A stretch of 35,395 nucleotides of DNA from a virus (Duplodnaviria > Caudoviricetes), in IMG/VR virus record IMGVR_UViG_3300036784_000166, positions 1 through 35,395 of that record; one strand, written 5' to 3'. The translations under genes were made by a program, and so were the position numbers. A model generated the notes under the pieces. That model did no database searches and was not told the DNA's origin. It worked only from the letters and a program-made list of their open reading frames with translations. Shown piece after piece: positions 34,163 through 35,395 of the stretch. How positions within the stretch are numbered: the first letter of the stretch is position 1; each line of letters opens with the position of its first letter.

Positions 34163-34707
34163 AGCTCCTCCAGGTCAAAAATGTCCACGAATGCGTGGTT
34201 GCCAGCGGAGGAATTCCCAAAAATTCCCGTCAGTGTGAATCCGTAGGTTACGCCCGAAGCAAGGAACGTCGAGCTGTCACGATTGGGGTCCACGTTCGCA
34301 ATGACGTTCGTTAAACTCGCCGCGCCAACCGGATTGTTCGCGAGTTGGCCCTGGCCGTTTCCGGTGATTTGCAAACCGCCTGCGTTCCAATACATGCCAA
34401 TGCTGAAATCAAATCCCGTGGCCGTGTTGTTGACGGTCGCTGCGCCGGTCGAAAAGATCAGCGCGTTCGATGCGATGGTCGGTGAAAATCCAAAATACAC
34501 ATTCAAGTTAAAGGTCGTGTCGATGGTCGCTTGGACCCGGCCAGCCACAACGAGCTTGAAGCGCTTATTCGCCAGCGAGCCATTCGAGGGGAGCGGCAGA
34601 ATGAGTGGAGCGCCCCGGCCATTCGGAAATTGCGTTTCCACGGTTACGTTCCCGAGGTCATTCCCCGGAAGCATCGCAGCCCGATACAATGTGGCGGAAT
34701 TGGGCAT
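34159..34707 (-). CDS. Beta-rich putative structural protein
   Basis: ATG 34707 just after upstream stop; resembles 34709..35254 and 23377..23967. Confidence 0.65.
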   Translation of the reverse strand: MPNSATLYRAAMLPGNDLGNVTVETQFPNGRGAPLILPLPSNGSLANKRFKLVVAGRVQATIDTTFNLNVYFGFSPTIASNALIFSTGAATVNNTATGFDFSIGMYWNAGGLQITGNGQGQLANNPVGAASLTNVIANVDPNRDSSTFLASGVTYGFTLTGIFGNSSAGNHAFVDIFDLEEL

Positions 34708-34708
34708 G

Positions 34709-35254
34709 TCAAATTCGCAATTCAAAAACGTCTATCGAGGCGGTTTCAAGCGTGCTTGCCGTCGCAGCATTCCAGCCAAGCGTAAATCCCTGACTTGGCG
34801 ATGATTGGCTGTTTTGATCCTGATTTGGATCAAAAATGAACGTTGCTCCAGAAACAAGGGTGGTTGCAATCGTTCCATTCCCTTCGACTCCGGTGGCATA
34901 TCCATACAGTTGCTTGCCCACTCCCGTCACAAAAAGATGAACATCAAGGAGCGCGGATGGATTCGTTGTCGAAAGTTGATGTGAACTAGAACTAAACACT
35001 TGAATATTATTTGCAATTGTCGGACTTGTCCCAAGGTAAAATATTATCGTCGTCGCGCGACCTGCTTGCACGTTTGCAATGTGTCCACAGATGCGAATGT
35101 GAAATGGAACCGTATCTAGAATTCCATTGGTCGGAGCGGGAAGCACTAGCGGACCCCCTTGCTGATTCAGTACTTGCTGGAGGCCCGTCACACCCGCGAG
35201 ATTCGCACTAGGACAGGGCGCTCGATATAAGGTTGTGCCGCTCGTGCCGGGCAT
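34709..35254 (-). CDS. Beta-rich putative structural protein (paralog of neighbour)
   Basis: Shared TLYRA...G.PL.LP.P.NG...SPTIA.N...DPN.D...GFTL...D.F.L pattern. Confidence 0.65.
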   Translation of the reverse strand: MPGTSGTTLYRAPCPSANLAGVTGLQQVLNQQGGPLVLPAPTNGILDTVPFHIRICGHIANVQAGRATTIIFYLGTSPTIANNIQVFSSSSHQLSTTNPSALLDVHLFVTGVGKQLYGYATGVEGNGTIATTLVSGATFIFDPNQDQNSQSSPSQGFTLGWNAATASTLETASIDVFELRI

Positions 35255-35395
35255 TTACTCGGTCGCTGCCTTTCGTTTCTCGGACAATCCAATTGCTATC
35301 GCTTGCTTCCGGTTCTTTACGACGGGACCTTTTTTCGATCCAGACCGGAGGAGTCCTTTTTTGAATTCCTCCATCGTATTTTTCATTCCAGGCAT
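35255..35395 (-). CDS. Small basic protein, DUF6496-like (46 aa; not in ORF track)
   Basis: MPGMKNTMEEFKKGLLRSGSKKGPVVKNRKQAIAIGLSEKRKAATE; EFK.G.L.SGS...KQAIAIGLSE motif. Confidence 0.75.
   Translation of the reverse strand: MPGMKNTMEEFKKGLLRSGSKKGPVVKNRKQAIAIGLSEKRKAATE

Larger units (their letters stand above)
1..35395. mobile_element. Temperate phage genome segment (podovirus-like, excised/attP form)
   Basis: TerL, portal, scaffold, MCP, tail, ejection, endolysin, integrase, attP and recombination genes present; no host housekeeping genes seen. Confidence 0.96.

Noticed and set aside
1-35395. DGR, retron or stop-codon reassignment
   Set aside because: No reverse transcriptase or TR/VR pair seen; genes are intact in the standard code and use all three stops

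Overview
The whole window is part of a temperate tailed phage genome with podovirus/P22-like gene order and an N4-gp56-type major capsid protein (MCP). It appears to be in the excised (attP) configuration, because a 20-bp tRNA-Ser 3'-end core (9557-9576) sits just upstream of a tyrosine integrase with phage genes on both sides. From left to right it contains: (i) a + strand array of small unknown genes separated by a repeated structured element, ending in a type II hammerhead ribozyme (1778-1834) and a long stem-loop non-coding region; (ii) a leftward early operon (RHH, HTH, YqaJ exonuclease, annealase, HNH-like, RusA-like) with a candidate -1 frameshift gene; (iii) a divergent two-RHH switch and a rightward operon encoding a 72-aa beta-grasp-like protein ending in GG next to a Cys-containing membrane-anchored partner, a candidate phage ubiquitin-like system; (iv) attP/int; (v) a long leftward late operon. 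The late operon holds TerL, a free-standing LAGLIDADG endonuclease, portal, scaffold, a glycosyltransferase/histidine-phosphatase block, an MCP split after codon 6 by a 630-nt group I intron with its own LAGLIDADG ORF, head/tail, ejection and lysis genes. No replication initiator/helicase or TerS is visible, so the genome is probably incomplete here. All protein calls come from motif recognition and synteny, not database searches, and the host cannot be determined from the sequence alone.
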